Notes: generated from the sequence alone by a model not told the origin. DNA of 64,000 nucleotides from Verrucomicrobiota bacterium (GCA_049510745.1 JBEKYR010000001.1:160001-224000), one strand, 5' to 3'; numbered from the stretch's first letter, positions 39,235-49,381 are shown. Translations and numbers: made by a program.

Positions 39235-41358
39235 ATGGCAAAATTCAGTCCCAGTCAAAAACCAGGATTCTTCTGGCAGGGAGTGTTGATTCTGCTGCCG
39301 GTGGCTGCGCTGGCAGTCGTCAGCCTGGTTTCGTTGCGTCAGGATGAGCGGGCCGCCGAAGAGGAGGCCCGCCACCGCGCCGCCGAAAATGCGCAGAGCC
39401 TCGCCCGCGCCGTGCGTCCTCTTGTGGATGACGAGCTGCACCGTTTCCTCACGCTGCAAAATGATTGGATGACGGGATTGCACTCCGCCAGCCAGCCCTT
39501 GGTCAGCATGGCGTTTCCCCCCTCAACGTTATCAGCAGACATCGAAAAGTGGGAGCAGGATTATCCGGGACTCAAGCTGGCGGATTTGGCCACGCCGCAC
39601 GGTGAAATCTTGACAGATGGCCGGCAGATCGAGCCGCCGGAATATCCCCCTGTTCCCGCCCCGCCCAACTGGTTTCAGGAACTTTCGCCGCGGCAAAAAA
39701 GCCAGTGGGAAGATTTCCGTTCCGCCGCCAACCCCACAGAAATCAAAACGCGCCTGCAATCTTTTCTTGCCGGCAATCCGTCCGAGGATGCCCGGCTGGC
39801 GGCGCTTTGCCTGACCTATCCGCCGGAACAAATTCTCGGCGGCGTCCGTTTGCTGGCGGCGGAATCGGGAATTTCCTTTCAAGACATTGCTTGCTCTCGC
39901 CTGCTTTCCGCCACAAACGCGCGCCTGTCGGTCTCGCTTCTCAATTCCGTGTGGCATCAGGCGATTGAAAATCCTTCGTTCGTCGCGCCCAGATTGCTGG
40001 AGCTGGCCCAAGGATTGACCAACCGGGCGGACGCCGTCCTCCGGCAGAAGTTTTTTTGGATGCAATTGTTCTGCAACTGCCAGGCGCGCGCTGCGGAATG
40101 TCTTGGTCCCATTCGACGGCTGCCAGAATTGCAGCCTTGGAAATCGCTTTGCTGGTCGCATTGGACAGACCATCCCGAAATGCTGGCGATTTTTGAACCG
40201 ATGACATCTGTGCGTCCGGGAGTTGATGCGCAGGGCGTGTCGCCCTCCGGCCGGGGCTACCAAGTCTGGTTTGTGCCGGGCGCGGTGGTCGAAGCCATCT
40301 TTGCCAGGGCGCTGAGGGAGAATAAATTTTTGATCCCGGCATATGCTCGAGCCGCCGTCACGATTGAAGGAAAGCCGCTGCGTTCGCGCGGCGAGACCGC
40401 GGCCGGCAGTGAAGAAAATCTTCTCGGAAGCGCCGTGCAGAAGGCGGGGAATTACTTTGCGCGGGATGCCATCCGCTTCGACCTGAAACTTTTTCTCACC
40501 AGCCGGGAACAGATGCTTTCCGCCGAGCGGCGGCGGGCAAGACTTTTTGCCGGGTTGATCCTGGGAACGGTGTTCGCGGCGCTGGCGGGCTGGCTGGCGG
40601 CGTGGCGCGCTTTTCACCGGCAATTGCAGCTCAATGAAATGAAATCCAATTTCGTCTCCAGCGTCTCGCATGAGTTGCGCGCGCCCATTGCCGCCGTGCG
40701 CCTGATGGCGGAGAATCTGGAACGCGGCAAAATTCCGGACACGCCCCGGCAGAACGAATACTTCCGTTTCATCGTGCAGGAGTGCCGCCGGCTTTCCTCG
40801 CTCATCGAAAACGTGCTGGATTTCTCGCGCATCGAACAGGGCCGCAAACAGTACGAATTCGAACCAACCGATCTTGTGGCGCTGGCGCGGACCACGGTGA
40901 AACTTATGGAACCCGGCGCGGCGGAAAAAGACGTGAAGCTGGAAATAGCGCCGGCCGCGCCGGAGCAAGGCGCAGGCGGGAACATCGAATTGAACGTGGA
41001 TGGCCGCGCGCTTCAGCAGGCGCTGGTCAACCTGATTGACAACGCCATCAAACATTCGCCCAAGGGCCAAACGGTGACGGTGGGAGTGGAAATGAAAAAT
41101 GGACCCGCCGCGACGACCGTTCATATATTCGTTTCCGACCACGGCCCCGGCATCCCGGCGGCGGAGCATGAGAAGATTTTCGAGCGGTTTTACCGGCGCG
41201 GTTCCGAGTTGCGCCGTGAAACCCAAGGTGTTGGAATCGGCTTGAGCATCGTGCAACACATCGTCGCGGCGCACGGCGGGCGCGTGGTTGTGCGGAGCGA
41301 AGTTGGCAAAGGCAGCCGGTTCACCATCGAATTGCCGGTGAGGAATCAAAATGAATGA
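39235..41358 (+). CDS. Sensor histidine kinase
   Basis: Two TM segments; SHELRAP H-box, NLIDNAIK, DHGPGI, FERFYR, GVGIGL. Confidence 0.95.
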   Translation: MAKFSPSQKPGFFWQGVLILLPVAALAVVSLVSLRQDERAAEEEARHRAAENAQSLARAVRPLVDDELHRFLTLQNDWMTGLHSASQPLVSMAFPPSTLSADIEKWEQDYPGLKLADLATPHGEILTDGRQIEPPEYPPVPAPPNWFQELSPRQKSQWEDFRSAANPTEIKTRLQSFLAGNPSEDARLAALCLTYPPEQILGGVRLLAAESGISFQDIACSRLLSATNARLSVSLLNSVWHQAIENPSFVAPRLLELAQGLTNRADAVLRQKFFWMQLFCNCQARAAECLGPIRRLPELQPWKSLCWSHWTDHPEMLAIFEPMTSVRPGVDAQGVSPSGRGYQVWFVPGAVVEAIFARALRENKFLIPAYARAAVTIEGKPLRSRGETAAGSEENLLGSAVQKAGNYFARDAIRFDLKLFLTSREQMLSAERRRARLFAGLILGTVFAALAGWLAAWRAFHRQLQLNEMKSNFVSSVSHELRAPIAAVRLMAENLERGKIPDTPRQNEYFRFIVQECRRLSSLIENVLDFSRIEQGRKQYEFEPTDLVALARTTVKLMEPGAAEKDVKLEIAPAAPEQGAGGNIELNVDGRALQQALVNLIDNAIKHSPKGQTVTVGVEMKNGPAATTVHIFVSDHGPGIPAAEHEKIFERFYRRGSELRRETQGVGIGLSIVQHIVAAHGGRVVVRSEVGKGSRFTIELPVRNQNE

Positions 41359-42034
41359 ACGGATTTTGATCATCGAAGACGAAGTGGCCATGCGCACGGC
41401 GCTGGCCGACTTGCTCTCCGTCGAGGGCTACCGGGTGCTCTCGGCCGCGGACGGGGAGAGCGGCCTCCGGCGCGCCCTGGATGAAAAACCCGCCCTCATC
41501 CTGCTCGACATCATGATGCCCAAGCTGGACGGCTTCGCTTTGTGCGCCGAGTTGCGCCGCCTCGCCAACCCCGTGCCGGTCCTCATGCTCACGGCCAAAG
41601 GCCAGGTCGAGGACCGCGTCGCCGGCCTGGACGCCGGGGCGGACGATTATCTGGTCAAACCGTTCAGCACCGAGGAACTGCTCGCCCGCGTGCGCGCGCT
41701 GCTGCGGCGCGTGGAACGGAAAACCCGGCTGCCGGCGAAATTGAAATTGGGCGAGGTGGAAATTGACCTGGCCCGGCAGACCGCCGTGCGCGGCAAACGT
41801 CCCGTTCATCTCACGGCCAAGGAGTTTGCCATGCTGCGCTTGATGGCCGAGGCCGAGGGCGAACCGGTCACGCGCGAAAAGTTTCTCGACGCCGTCTGGG
41901 GTTACACCGCCTTTCCGACCACCCGCACGGTGGACAACCACATCGCCAGCCTGCGCGCCAAACTGGAGAAAAACCCCGACGCCCCGCGCCACCTCAAGAC
42001 CGTGCATGGCGTGGGCTACAAACTGGAGTTCTGA
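41351..42034 (+). CDS. OmpR-family response regulator
   Basis: IIEDE, LLDIMMP, MLTAK, DDYLVKPF; wHTH RTVDNHIASLRAK...TVHGVGY. Confidence 0.96.
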   Translation: MNERILIIEDEVAMRTALADLLSVEGYRVLSAADGESGLRRALDEKPALILLDIMMPKLDGFALCAELRRLANPVPVLMLTAKGQVEDRVAGLDAGADDYLVKPFSTEELLARVRALLRRVERKTRLPAKLKLGEVEIDLARQTAVRGKRPVHLTAKEFAMLRLMAEAEGEPVTREKFLDAVWGYTAFPTTRTVDNHIASLRAKLEKNPDAPRHLKTVHGVGYKLEF

Positions 42035-42039
42035 AACGA

Positions 42040-42084
42040 TTTTGCAAAAGCATGACAATCGGGGGCGGGCGGATTTGGCAGACT
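42040..42084 (+). promoter_or_regulatory. Putative response-regulator box plus -10 upstream of the ankyrin gene
   Basis: ttttgcaaaagcatgaca-N21-cagact; twin of 39163-39207. Confidence 0.6.
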
Positions 42085-42090
42085 GAAACC

Positions 42091-44292
42091 ATGCAAATTA
42101 TGAAAACGAAATTGTGCGCTTTGACTTTTCTTCTGGCGGCGGCGTTTGCCCCGGCGCAGACCAACAGCCTCACCGCGCTGCTGCAACAGGGGTTGCTCGA
42201 AGAACAGGCCAACCGCAATCTCGACGCGGCCATTGCGGATTACCAGTCGCTGGCCGCGCAGTTTGACAAGGACCGGCAACTGGCGGCCACGGCGGTTTTC
42301 CGGCTCGGCGAATGTTACCGCGCCCAGGGCAAAACCAACGAAGCCGCCGCGCAATACCAGCGCATCCTCCGCGAATTTCCCGACCAGCAAACGCTCGCCA
42401 CCATGAGCCGGCAGAATTTGACCGGACTGCGCGCGACTGCGCCTGAAGCGGCGCCATCGGAAAAAAATGATGTCATCACGGATGAAGACAAGGAAATCCA
42501 GCGCATCCGGCAACTGATCCAGGACAGCCCGGATTTGATCAATACAACGGCGGACGGCAGCGAAGACCCGCCTCTGATCCATGCAGCCAAGTCGGACCAA
42601 CTCCGCGTGGCGCAATATCTCCTGGACAGCAACGCAAATGTAAATGTGAAAAATGGCGCCGGCGACACACCACTGACGTGGGCGGCTTCTCAGGGACACA
42701 AGGCGATGGTTGAGTTGCTCTTGAGTCGCGGCGCGGAGGTGAATGCGAAGGGGGGCAACGGTGACACGGCGCTTCACCGCGCCGCCTTGCACGGTTTTCA
42801 AGCGGTGGTGGGAGCGCTCCTGGCTGATCACGCCGACGTCAATGCTCTCAACAGCGGAGGAGAGACACCCTTGTTTTTGGCCGCGCAGGACGGACGGACA
42901 AGAATCGTTCAAATGCTTTTGACCGCCGGCGCAAAGGTGAACGTGGAAGCGAATAATGGGCGAACGCCGTTGAGTTACGCCGCAGAGAGGGGTTCGCCGG
43001 AAACCGTGAAAATGCTGCTCGCCGCAAAGGCCGACCCCAACGGCGGCAAGCTGGACGTTCCGCTTCTGTGTGCCATTCACAAAGAAGATGCCAAGTCCGC
43101 CGAACTGCTCCTGCAAAATGGCGCGGCGCCGAATGTGAAAGAAATGGTTGATTGGCCGGTGGTCATCAATCGCACCAGTTATGGTAGCGGCCGTGGCCTT
43201 AGTCCAGCCTCGGTCACGCCACTGTGGGCCGCTGTTTTGGCGAACCAGCTTCCGATGGTGAATCTTCTTCTGAAATTCAAGGCCGACCCGAATGATTCGC
43301 AAACGGACGGGCGGCCGTTATTGTTCACTGCGCTGGCGCTGTCCAACCGCGATATTCTCGAAGCGCTGCTCGACTATCACGCCGATCCGAACGTGCGAAA
43401 CAATGACGGGCAGACGCCATTGAATTGCGTCAACACTTCAGAAGACAAAAAAACCGCCGGCGGCATTGCGGATTTGCTGCGCCAGCACGGCGCGTTGGAC
43501 AACCCGCCGAATTGGGACCTTATCACCATCAGCCGTCCCTCGGCCAATTTTTCGCACACGATTTTCACGGCGGGAACCAATGATTGGAACCGGTTCGGAC
43601 TGCTGGAAACAATTCTCAACTTCTATGAATACTCACAACAGCACTCCTATAACGCAAACGGTTTATGGACTACCCAATCCGCCGCTTCCGCCACGCCGTT
43701 TCCCGACCTGGCCCGCATCGTCATTGTGCGTCCCAGTCATGGCTCAACCAACCAAACGCGGATTGCGGTCAATTTGCTCAACAGCGCGAACGGAATTGAC
43801 TGCTCGAAAGATGTCCCCTTGGAGTTTGGCGACGTGGTGGAAATCCCGGAACGCGGCCATTCGTTGGGTGACAGCCCGGTCGGGTTGACCAGCAGCCAGT
43901 GCGACTCCCTTGTCAATTATCTGAAAGGAAACGTTCAACTCGTCGTGCGCGATCAGAAAGTGGAACTTCCGCTTAATCCCGTTGGCGATCAGTCAATCAT
44001 CGGCACCGTGCTGGGCCGGCCGGAAGCCCGAAATATCATATTGTCTTCGTCCGACCTTTCGCGCGTGAAGGTCTCGCGCCACGATCCGAAAACCGGCAAT
44101 ATGCGCGAATGGATTCTGGATTGCAGCAATCCGCAATCGCGGGCCAATGGGCTGCCTCGTCCTGGCATGCCTGGCGCGCTTCAATATCAGTGGGCTCCAT
44201 CACCTTTTGGTCCTGCGCCAAATCAGCCGCCACCGTCGCCCGATCTCCGGCTCCGTGACGGCGACGTGATCGAAGTGCCGGAGAAACTTTGA
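42091..44292 (+). CDS. Secreted TPR + ankyrin-repeat protein with SLBB-like C-terminal region
   Basis: Signal peptide; TPR-like FRLGECYRAQG; repeated G.TPL..A ankyrin motifs; LEFGDVVEIPE and LRDGDVIEVPE. Confidence 0.85.
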   Translation: MQIMKTKLCALTFLLAAAFAPAQTNSLTALLQQGLLEEQANRNLDAAIADYQSLAAQFDKDRQLAATAVFRLGECYRAQGKTNEAAAQYQRILREFPDQQTLATMSRQNLTGLRATAPEAAPSEKNDVITDEDKEIQRIRQLIQDSPDLINTTADGSEDPPLIHAAKSDQLRVAQYLLDSNANVNVKNGAGDTPLTWAASQGHKAMVELLLSRGAEVNAKGGNGDTALHRAALHGFQAVVGALLADHADVNALNSGGETPLFLAAQDGRTRIVQMLLTAGAKVNVEANNGRTPLSYAAERGSPETVKMLLAAKADPNGGKLDVPLLCAIHKEDAKSAELLLQNGAAPNVKEMVDWPVVINRTSYGSGRGLSPASVTPLWAAVLANQLPMVNLLLKFKADPNDSQTDGRPLLFTALALSNRDILEALLDYHADPNVRNNDGQTPLNCVNTSEDKKTAGGIADLLRQHGALDNPPNWDLITISRPSANFSHTIFTAGTNDWNRFGLLETILNFYEYSQQHSYNANGLWTTQSAASATPFPDLARIVIVRPSHGSTNQTRIAVNLLNSANGIDCSKDVPLEFGDVVEIPERGHSLGDSPVGLTSSQCDSLVNYLKGNVQLVVRDQKVELPLNPVGDQSIIGTVLGRPEARNIILSSSDLSRVKVSRHDPKTGNMREWILDCSNPQSRANGLPRPGMPGALQYQWAPSPFGPAPNQPPPSPDLRLRDGDVIEVPEKL

Positions 44293-44330
44293 ACTTTGCA
44301 GTTTGACCTCGTCCAGACATCCTCGGCGCC

Positions 44331-45269
44331 ATGCGTGTTGGTGTTTTGTGCCGGGCGGACGAATTGGCGTGGGTGCAGAAGCTGGGCTTGCGGTCCATGG
44401 AATGGATGCGCTTCGCCCAATCTCCCGCCGCGCCGCCTCACGCCGATTGGCAGCCTTTCGCCGACAAATTGGCGGCGGAAGCCACGGAGCGCGGCATCCG
44501 CCTCTCCGCCATCGGCGCGCTCTACAAGAATCCGCTTGACCCCAGACAAACCGAAACCGCCCGCGCCGTCTTCGAGCGCGCCATCGACGTGGCGGCGCGG
44601 ATGGGCATCCGCACCGTCTCGGGGTTTGCCGGCGCGGTGATCGAGCTGGAAACGAACGAGCGGGGCGGAAATCCTCTTTACAAGCCGTTCGAGAATTATC
44701 TCCCGCAACTGCTGGCCTTTTGGGAGCCGCTGGCGCGCCGGGCGGCGGAACGCAACGTGCGCCTCGCCTTTGAAAATTGCCCGCAAGGCCCGTGGCATCT
44801 GCCGTTGATGCACTACAACATCATGGGCCAGCCGGCCCTGTGGGAACGGCTCTTCAACGAAACCAAATGCGACAACCTCGGCCTGGAATGGGACCCCAGC
44901 CATCTCCTCTGCCAGTTCATCGACCCGGTGGCGAACATCCGGCGTTTTGGCGCGCGCATCTTTCATGTCCACGCCAAGGACGCCTTTATCAACCGCCGGC
45001 TGCTGGAAACTTACGGCCCGTGCCATCCGGGCGTGGCCGAGCACCGCTTTCCCGGCCTGGGCCAGGCCAACTGGGGGGAAATCATCCACGCCCTCTTGCG
45101 CGCCGGTTACGATTCGGATTTGAACATCGAAGGCTGGCACGACCCGGTGTACCGCGACCACGAGGGCGGCCCGAAGCTCGAAGAAGCGGGATTGCTCCTG
45201 GCCCGGAAGACCCTCGAACCTTTCACCGCCGGCACCGAACCGCCGCCGTGTCCCAATATGTCCTCATGA
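44331..45269 (+). CDS. Sugar phosphate isomerase/epimerase (xylose isomerase-like TIM barrel)
   Basis: LAFENCP, EWDPSHL, HVHAKD, RFPGLG, LNIEG. Confidence 0.9.
   Translation: MRVGVLCRADELAWVQKLGLRSMEWMRFAQSPAAPPHADWQPFADKLAAEATERGIRLSAIGALYKNPLDPRQTETARAVFERAIDVAARMGIRTVSGFAGAVIELETNERGGNPLYKPFENYLPQLLAFWEPLARRAAERNVRLAFENCPQGPWHLPLMHYNIMGQPALWERLFNETKCDNLGLEWDPSHLLCQFIDPVANIRRFGARIFHVHAKDAFINRRLLETYGPCHPGVAEHRFPGLGQANWGEIIHALLRAGYDSDLNIEGWHDPVYRDHEGGPKLEEAGLLLARKTLEPFTAGTEPPPCPNMSS
45223..45267 (-). pseudogene. 5' stump of a PIN-domain toxin
   Basis: ATGA overlap with the stop of 45264-45452 reads MRTYWDTAAV(RCRR*), a typical VapC N-terminus; now lies antisense inside the end of the isomerase gene. 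Confidence 0.5.
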
Positions 45270-45452
45270 ACGGCTTTCTCGTTCCTCGGCGACCGCCTTG
45301 CCGATGGCTTCACGGTCGAGCGTGTACCCGGTAGGAACCTGGAAAAACAGCCCTTCTCCCCGTTTGACCAGTTTCGCAACAACCCGCCTCGGTCCGGGCT
45401 TTGGGACCACGGAAACAAGTTTTATCTTTTTGGAGATCATGGCCTTGGTCAA
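45264..45452 (-). CDS. Small probable antitoxin
   Basis: ~60 aa ending AIGKAVAEERESRS; coupled to a PIN-like stump. Confidence 0.55.
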   Translation of the reverse strand: MTKAMISKKIKLVSVVPKPGPRRVVAKLVKRGEGLFFQVPTGYTLDREAIGKAVAEERESRS

Positions 45453-45480
45453 GACTTACGGTATCGCGAGGCCAACGCCT

Positions 45481-45906
45481 TCACGACAGGAACAAGTCGG
45501 CAGACACTCCAAAGTGCCGCGCCAGCGTTCGCACGTGATTGAGCGTAAGGTTGCGTTCGCCGCGCAAAATCATCGCGCCCAAGTTGCGGCTGCCGCCCAA
45601 AAGGCGCGAGAGGTCCGCCGCCGCAAGACCCTGTTCTCCAAGCAGATGTTTCAGCGCATCCACGCCCGTGACCTTCGGCCACTTGACATGCTTGGAATCG
45701 TATTCTTCGATGAGCGAGCAAAGCAGCTCAAAATAGTCCGCTTGGTCGCCGTTGAAATCATCGTGCCACAAGACCATCGCATCGGCCACTTCCACAATGT
45801 TCGCGTAGTCCACCGCGTCGCGGATGGGGCGCGGCAAAAACACACGACACAGGGCCGCGTAGTCCTTTGGCAAGTCTTGAAAGCGGAGTTTCGTCTTGGT
45901 CTTCAT
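45481..45906 (-). CDS. higA: HigA-like HTH antitoxin
   Basis: LLCSLIEEYD...LKHLLGEQGL..ADL..LLG...ILRGERNLTL.HV..LA..F. Confidence 0.88.
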   Translation of the reverse strand: MKTKTKLRFQDLPKDYAALCRVFLPRPIRDAVDYANIVEVADAMVLWHDDFNGDQADYFELLCSLIEEYDSKHVKWPKVTGVDALKHLLGEQGLAAADLSRLLGGSRNLGAMILRGERNLTLNHVRTLARHFGVSADLFLS

Positions 45907-46211
45907 AATTCGTCTTTCCAGTCGTCGCGATCGTATTCGGCGTGCGTCAGGAAGCGGAGCGTGAAGGCCATCTGGCTGTTAAAGTGCATGGCCACGATGA
46001 GCCGATACGTATTGCCGCAGACGTTGAACACAATCACCGGCCTTCCACTACGGACATGCACAACGTCCGCGCTGGCGTAACAATTGCGCACCTCAACCAT
46101 GTTTCGCCATGCCGCCGCCCGCACGCTCGCCGTCCAGGCCGCCAAATACTTCGCGGCCTTCGGATATTGTTCCGCCGCGTCGCGGAGGAACTTTTCCTTA
46201 ATAATCCGCAC
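45903..46211 (-). CDS. higB: HigB toxin
   Basis: MRII...W...ADVV...VFNVCGNTYRLIV...FLTHAEYD. Confidence 0.9.
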   Translation of the reverse strand: MRIIKEKFLRDAAEQYPKAAKYLAAWTASVRAAAWRNMVEVRNCYASADVVHVRSGRPVIVFNVCGNTYRLIVAMHFNSQMAFTLRFLTHAEYDRDDWKDEL

Positions 46212-46279
46212 GCATACAATCTGTATTCATTGGCCGGATTTGTCAAACTCGAAGCGCGACATTGTAGTGAAAAGCCCGT

Positions 46280-46513
46280 TTAAGCTGCCTGTAACTCGCG
46301 CACGTGAGCGACATCACGGCGGGAGACTGGGCGGAGTTGGCTGCTCTCAACCGTGGCCACTGTCAAGGTGCGTCCGTCGAGCGTGGTGAATTCCACTTCG
46401 TAAGCCGCCCCGCCCTTGTGAATGTGGACCACCGTGCCGACATCGCCCGCCTTGAGCTTCTCGCCGGGCAAGTCCGTCGTCAACACCACACAATCATGTT
46501 CCTTGATCTTCAT
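46280..46513 (-). CDS. DUF4926-domain protein
   Basis: MKIKEHDCVVLTTDLP..L.AGDVGTVVH...YEVEF...GRT. Confidence 0.88.
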   Translation of the reverse strand: MKIKEHDCVVLTTDLPGEKLKAGDVGTVVHIHKGGAAYEVEFTTLDGRTLTVATVESSQLRPVSRRDVAHVRELQAA

Positions 46514-46560
46514 TCGTCCTCCAAAGGATACGCGGTAATCAAGCGGGGCGCAACGTCGCC
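46510..46560 (-). pseudogene. 3' stump of a DUF6883-like toxin partner
   Basis: GDVAPRLITAYPLEDE* with ATGA overlap into the DUF4926 gene; PRLITAYP is the typical ending of proteins encoded upstream of DUF4926. Confidence 0.6.
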
Positions 46561-46566
46561 AGAATT

Positions 46567-47604
46567 TCAATCCTCCACCGGCTCGATTACCACTTTGCCC
46601 AGCACCTCGCGCCGGCGCAGCGCGGCGAACGCTTCCGGCGTCCGGCTCAACGGATAGACTTCGTGGGTGGCGGGTTTGATCTTCCCTTCCGCCGCCCATT
46701 CCAGCGTGGCCAAAATGTCCTTTCGATTTCGCCCGTAGCTGCCCACCAGCTTTTGCTCTTTGACAAACAGCGGCCACAATTGCAGCCGCACCTCACGCCC
46801 GGCCGTCGCGCCGCAAGTGACAATCGTCCCGCCGCGCGCCAAGCAGGTGAAACATTGCGCCAGTACTTCGCCGCCAATGTGTTCGACCACCAAGTCTGCG
46901 CCGCGCTTGCCCGTCAGCTTGCGCACTTCGGCGGGCCAGGCCGGATTGGAACTATCGACGACATGCTCGGCGCCCAAGGCCAGGGCGAACCGGCGCTTGG
47001 CGTCGGTCGAGCCGGTGCTGATGACGCGCGCGCCCAGTTGCCGGGCGATTTGAATCGCCGCCGACCCGACGCCGCTGGCCCCGCCCATCGCCAGCACCCA
47101 ATCGCCGGGCCGCACCTGCGCGCGGCGCGTGAGCATGTGCATGGCCGTGCTCGCGGCCAGGGTCAACGCGGCGGACGCGGCAAAATCCACCTTCTCCGGC
47201 AGGCGCACCAGGGCCGACGCGGGCACGGCCACCCGTTCGGCAAATCCGCCGTCGCGCTGCACGCCGAGGATCTGGCCGTTGAGACAGGTGGACTCGTCCC
47301 CGCGCGCGCAGAACTCGCACTTGCCGCAAAAGAGATTGGATTGCACGGCCACGCGGTCGCCTGGGCGCCAATCCACCGCGTCCCGGCCCACCGCGAGCAC
47401 TTCGCCGGAAATTTCTCCGCCCGGCACGCGCGGCAAAGCGACCGTTATGGGCAGCCCCCCTTCCTCCAACCACAGGTCCAGCCGGTTGAGGCCGCAGGCG
47501 CGGACGCGGACGACGATTTCATTGGCGGCAGGGCTGGGGTCGGGGAGGTCGGTGTAGCTGAATTTCCCCGGCGCGCCATGAGCGATGAGTTGGACGGCTT
47601 TCAT
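46567..47604 (-). CDS. Zinc-binding dehydrogenase / quinone oxidoreductase (MDR family)
   Basis: CGLNRLD, CGKCEFC..G.ESTC structural Zn site, GASGVGS, TCGATAG, GKVVI. Confidence 0.92.
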   Translation of the reverse strand: MKAVQLIAHGAPGKFSYTDLPDPSPAANEIVVRVRACGLNRLDLWLEEGGLPITVALPRVPGGEISGEVLAVGRDAVDWRPGDRVAVQSNLFCGKCEFCARGDESTCLNGQILGVQRDGGFAERVAVPASALVRLPEKVDFAASAALTLAASTAMHMLTRRAQVRPGDWVLAMGGASGVGSAAIQIARQLGARVISTGSTDAKRRFALALGAEHVVDSSNPAWPAEVRKLTGKRGADLVVEHIGGEVLAQCFTCLARGGTIVTCGATAGREVRLQLWPLFVKEQKLVGSYGRNRKDILATLEWAAEGKIKPATHEVYPLSRTPEAFAALRRREVLGKVVIEPVED

Positions 47605-47711
47605 TGGCGCAACTTGATTACAACCGACCGACGGGATTCGCCAGAGGAAACTCCGCCGGCCCGCCGTGTCATTGCGCTTTAAAGTGAACCGCCGACAGTC
47701 TAGGCTTTTGG

Positions 47712-48452
47712 ATGCTTTCGGAAAAACCCTGGGCCATCGACAGCGTGGTGCGACTCTTCTTGTGCATTGCTCTCACGTATTGCGTCGGGATGCTGCCCAT
47801 TGGCCTGCTGGACCGCGTGACGCTCTGGCCCAAAGCGGAGCGGGAATTCCTGCAAATGCTGGCCGGCGCCCTGTTTTTGCAGATCGCCGTGCTGGTTTGG
47901 GTCCGCTTTTTCCTGCGCCAATACGCCTTCGGGTGGAAGGAGGGCTTCGGGTTGAATTCGTCCGAAGCGGCGTCGGCCACGGCATACGGCATTCTGGCGG
48001 GCGCGCTCTTTTTTCCGGTGGCCCAGGGGCTGCAATGGCTCTCCGCGTGCCTGATGGAATTGGCCCACAAAACACCGGAAGCGCAAGCGGCGGTGCAGGC
48101 CCTGCAAGACCCGAATGTTTCGGTCGGGGAGAAAATTGTTTTTGGCGTGGTCGCCGTGGTGCTGGCGCCGTTGGTCGAGGAATCGCTCTTTCGCGGGATT
48201 CTTTACCCGGCCATCAAGCAACTCGGCTACCCGCGGCTGGCCTTGTGGGGAACGTCGGTTCTATTTGCGGCGTTGCACTTTAACGAGCCGACGTTTGTGC
48301 CGCTGGTGGCCTTCGGGCTGGTGCTGGTGCGGCTCTATGAAGCGTTCGGGAATCTACTGGCGCCCATCGTGGCGCACAGTTTCTTTAATGCCGCCAACTT
48401 TGTTATTCTGATCTTCCAGGACCAGCTTGAACATCTGTTCCACCTGACATGA
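47712..48452 (+). CDS. CPBP/CAAX intramembrane protease family protein
   Basis: APLVEESLFRG, FAALH, AHSFFN. Confidence 0.92.
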   Translation: MLSEKPWAIDSVVRLFLCIALTYCVGMLPIGLLDRVTLWPKAEREFLQMLAGALFLQIAVLVWVRFFLRQYAFGWKEGFGLNSSEAASATAYGILAGALFFPVAQGLQWLSACLMELAHKTPEAQAAVQALQDPNVSVGEKIVFGVVAVVLAPLVEESLFRGILYPAIKQLGYPRLALWGTSVLFAALHFNEPTFVPLVAFGLVLVRLYEAFGNLLAPIVAHSFFNAANFVILIFQDQLEHLFHLT

Positions 48453-49381
48453 ATGAATTTGAATTGATCGCGCGGCTCACGCGCGCGCTGCCCGTCAACC
48501 CCTCGGTTGTCGTCGGGGCGGGCGACGATTGCGCGGTGCTCGACGGCGGCCGGCCCGGGCATTACCTGCTGCTCAAAACCGATGCCGTGGTCCAGGGGGT
48601 TCATTTCACGGCGGCGGCCACGCCGGAGCAAATCGGGCACAAAGCCCTGGCGCGCTGTCTGAGCGACATCGCGGCGATGGCGGGACAGCCGCTGGCCGCG
48701 CTGGTCACGGTCGCGTTGCCGACAGATTTCAAACCGGACGAGGTTGAGCGGATTTACGCGGGCATCAACGGCCTGGCGCAACGATACGGGGTCGCGATCG
48801 TCGGCGGGGAGACGACGAGCAACCCGGAGCGCCTGCTGCTTTCGGTCGCGGTGCTGGGAGAGGTGGCGCGGGACAAATGCATTCTGCGCAGCGGCGCGAA
48901 GGAGGGGGACGCGCTGTTTGTGTCGGGAGAATTGGGCGGCTCGCGGGCGGGAAAACATCTGGAATTTGAGCCGCGGCTGGCGGAGGCGCAATGGCTGGCG
49001 GCGAATTTTTCCATCCACGCCATGATCGATTTGAGCGACGGGCTGGCGGGGGATTTGCCCCACATTCTGCAACGGAGCGGCGTCGGCGCGGAACTGCTGG
49101 CCCAAGCCATCCCGATCAGCCGCGCCGCCAAACTCCAGGCCCGGTCCGAATCCTCCGCCAAACCGCCGCTGCTGGCCGCGCTGGGCGACGGGGAGGATTT
49201 TGAATTGCTCTTCGCCGCGCCCAGCCGTCAGGCGGTGCCGTTGCTGGACGGCTGGAAAAAACAGTTTCCGCGAGTGCGCTTGAGTTGCATCGGGCGGATC
49301 ACCAAGGGGCATGGGGTGAAACTGCGGGACAAAACGGGCCTTCATTCCTTGAAGACGCATGGCTACGTTCATTTCGCATAG
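48449..49381 (+). CDS. thiL: Thiamine-monophosphate kinase
   Basis: EFELI, GDDCA, LSDIAAM, GGET, DLSDGL, GEDFELLF. Confidence 0.95.
   Translation: MNEFELIARLTRALPVNPSVVVGAGDDCAVLDGGRPGHYLLLKTDAVVQGVHFTAAATPEQIGHKALARCLSDIAAMAGQPLAALVTVALPTDFKPDEVERIYAGINGLAQRYGVAIVGGETTSNPERLLLSVAVLGEVARDKCILRSGAKEGDALFVSGELGGSRAGKHLEFEPRLAEAQWLAANFSIHAMIDLSDGLAGDLPHILQRSGVGAELLAQAIPISRAAKLQARSESSAKPPLLAALGDGEDFELLFAAPSRQAVPLLDGWKKQFPRVRLSCIGRITKGHGVKLRDKTGLHSLKTHGYVHFA

Noticed and set aside
46510..46569. Stop-codon readthrough of the dehydrogenase into the in-frame PRLITAYP peptide
   Set aside because: Better explained as a chance in-frame toxin remnant; no readthrough or SECIS signal seen.
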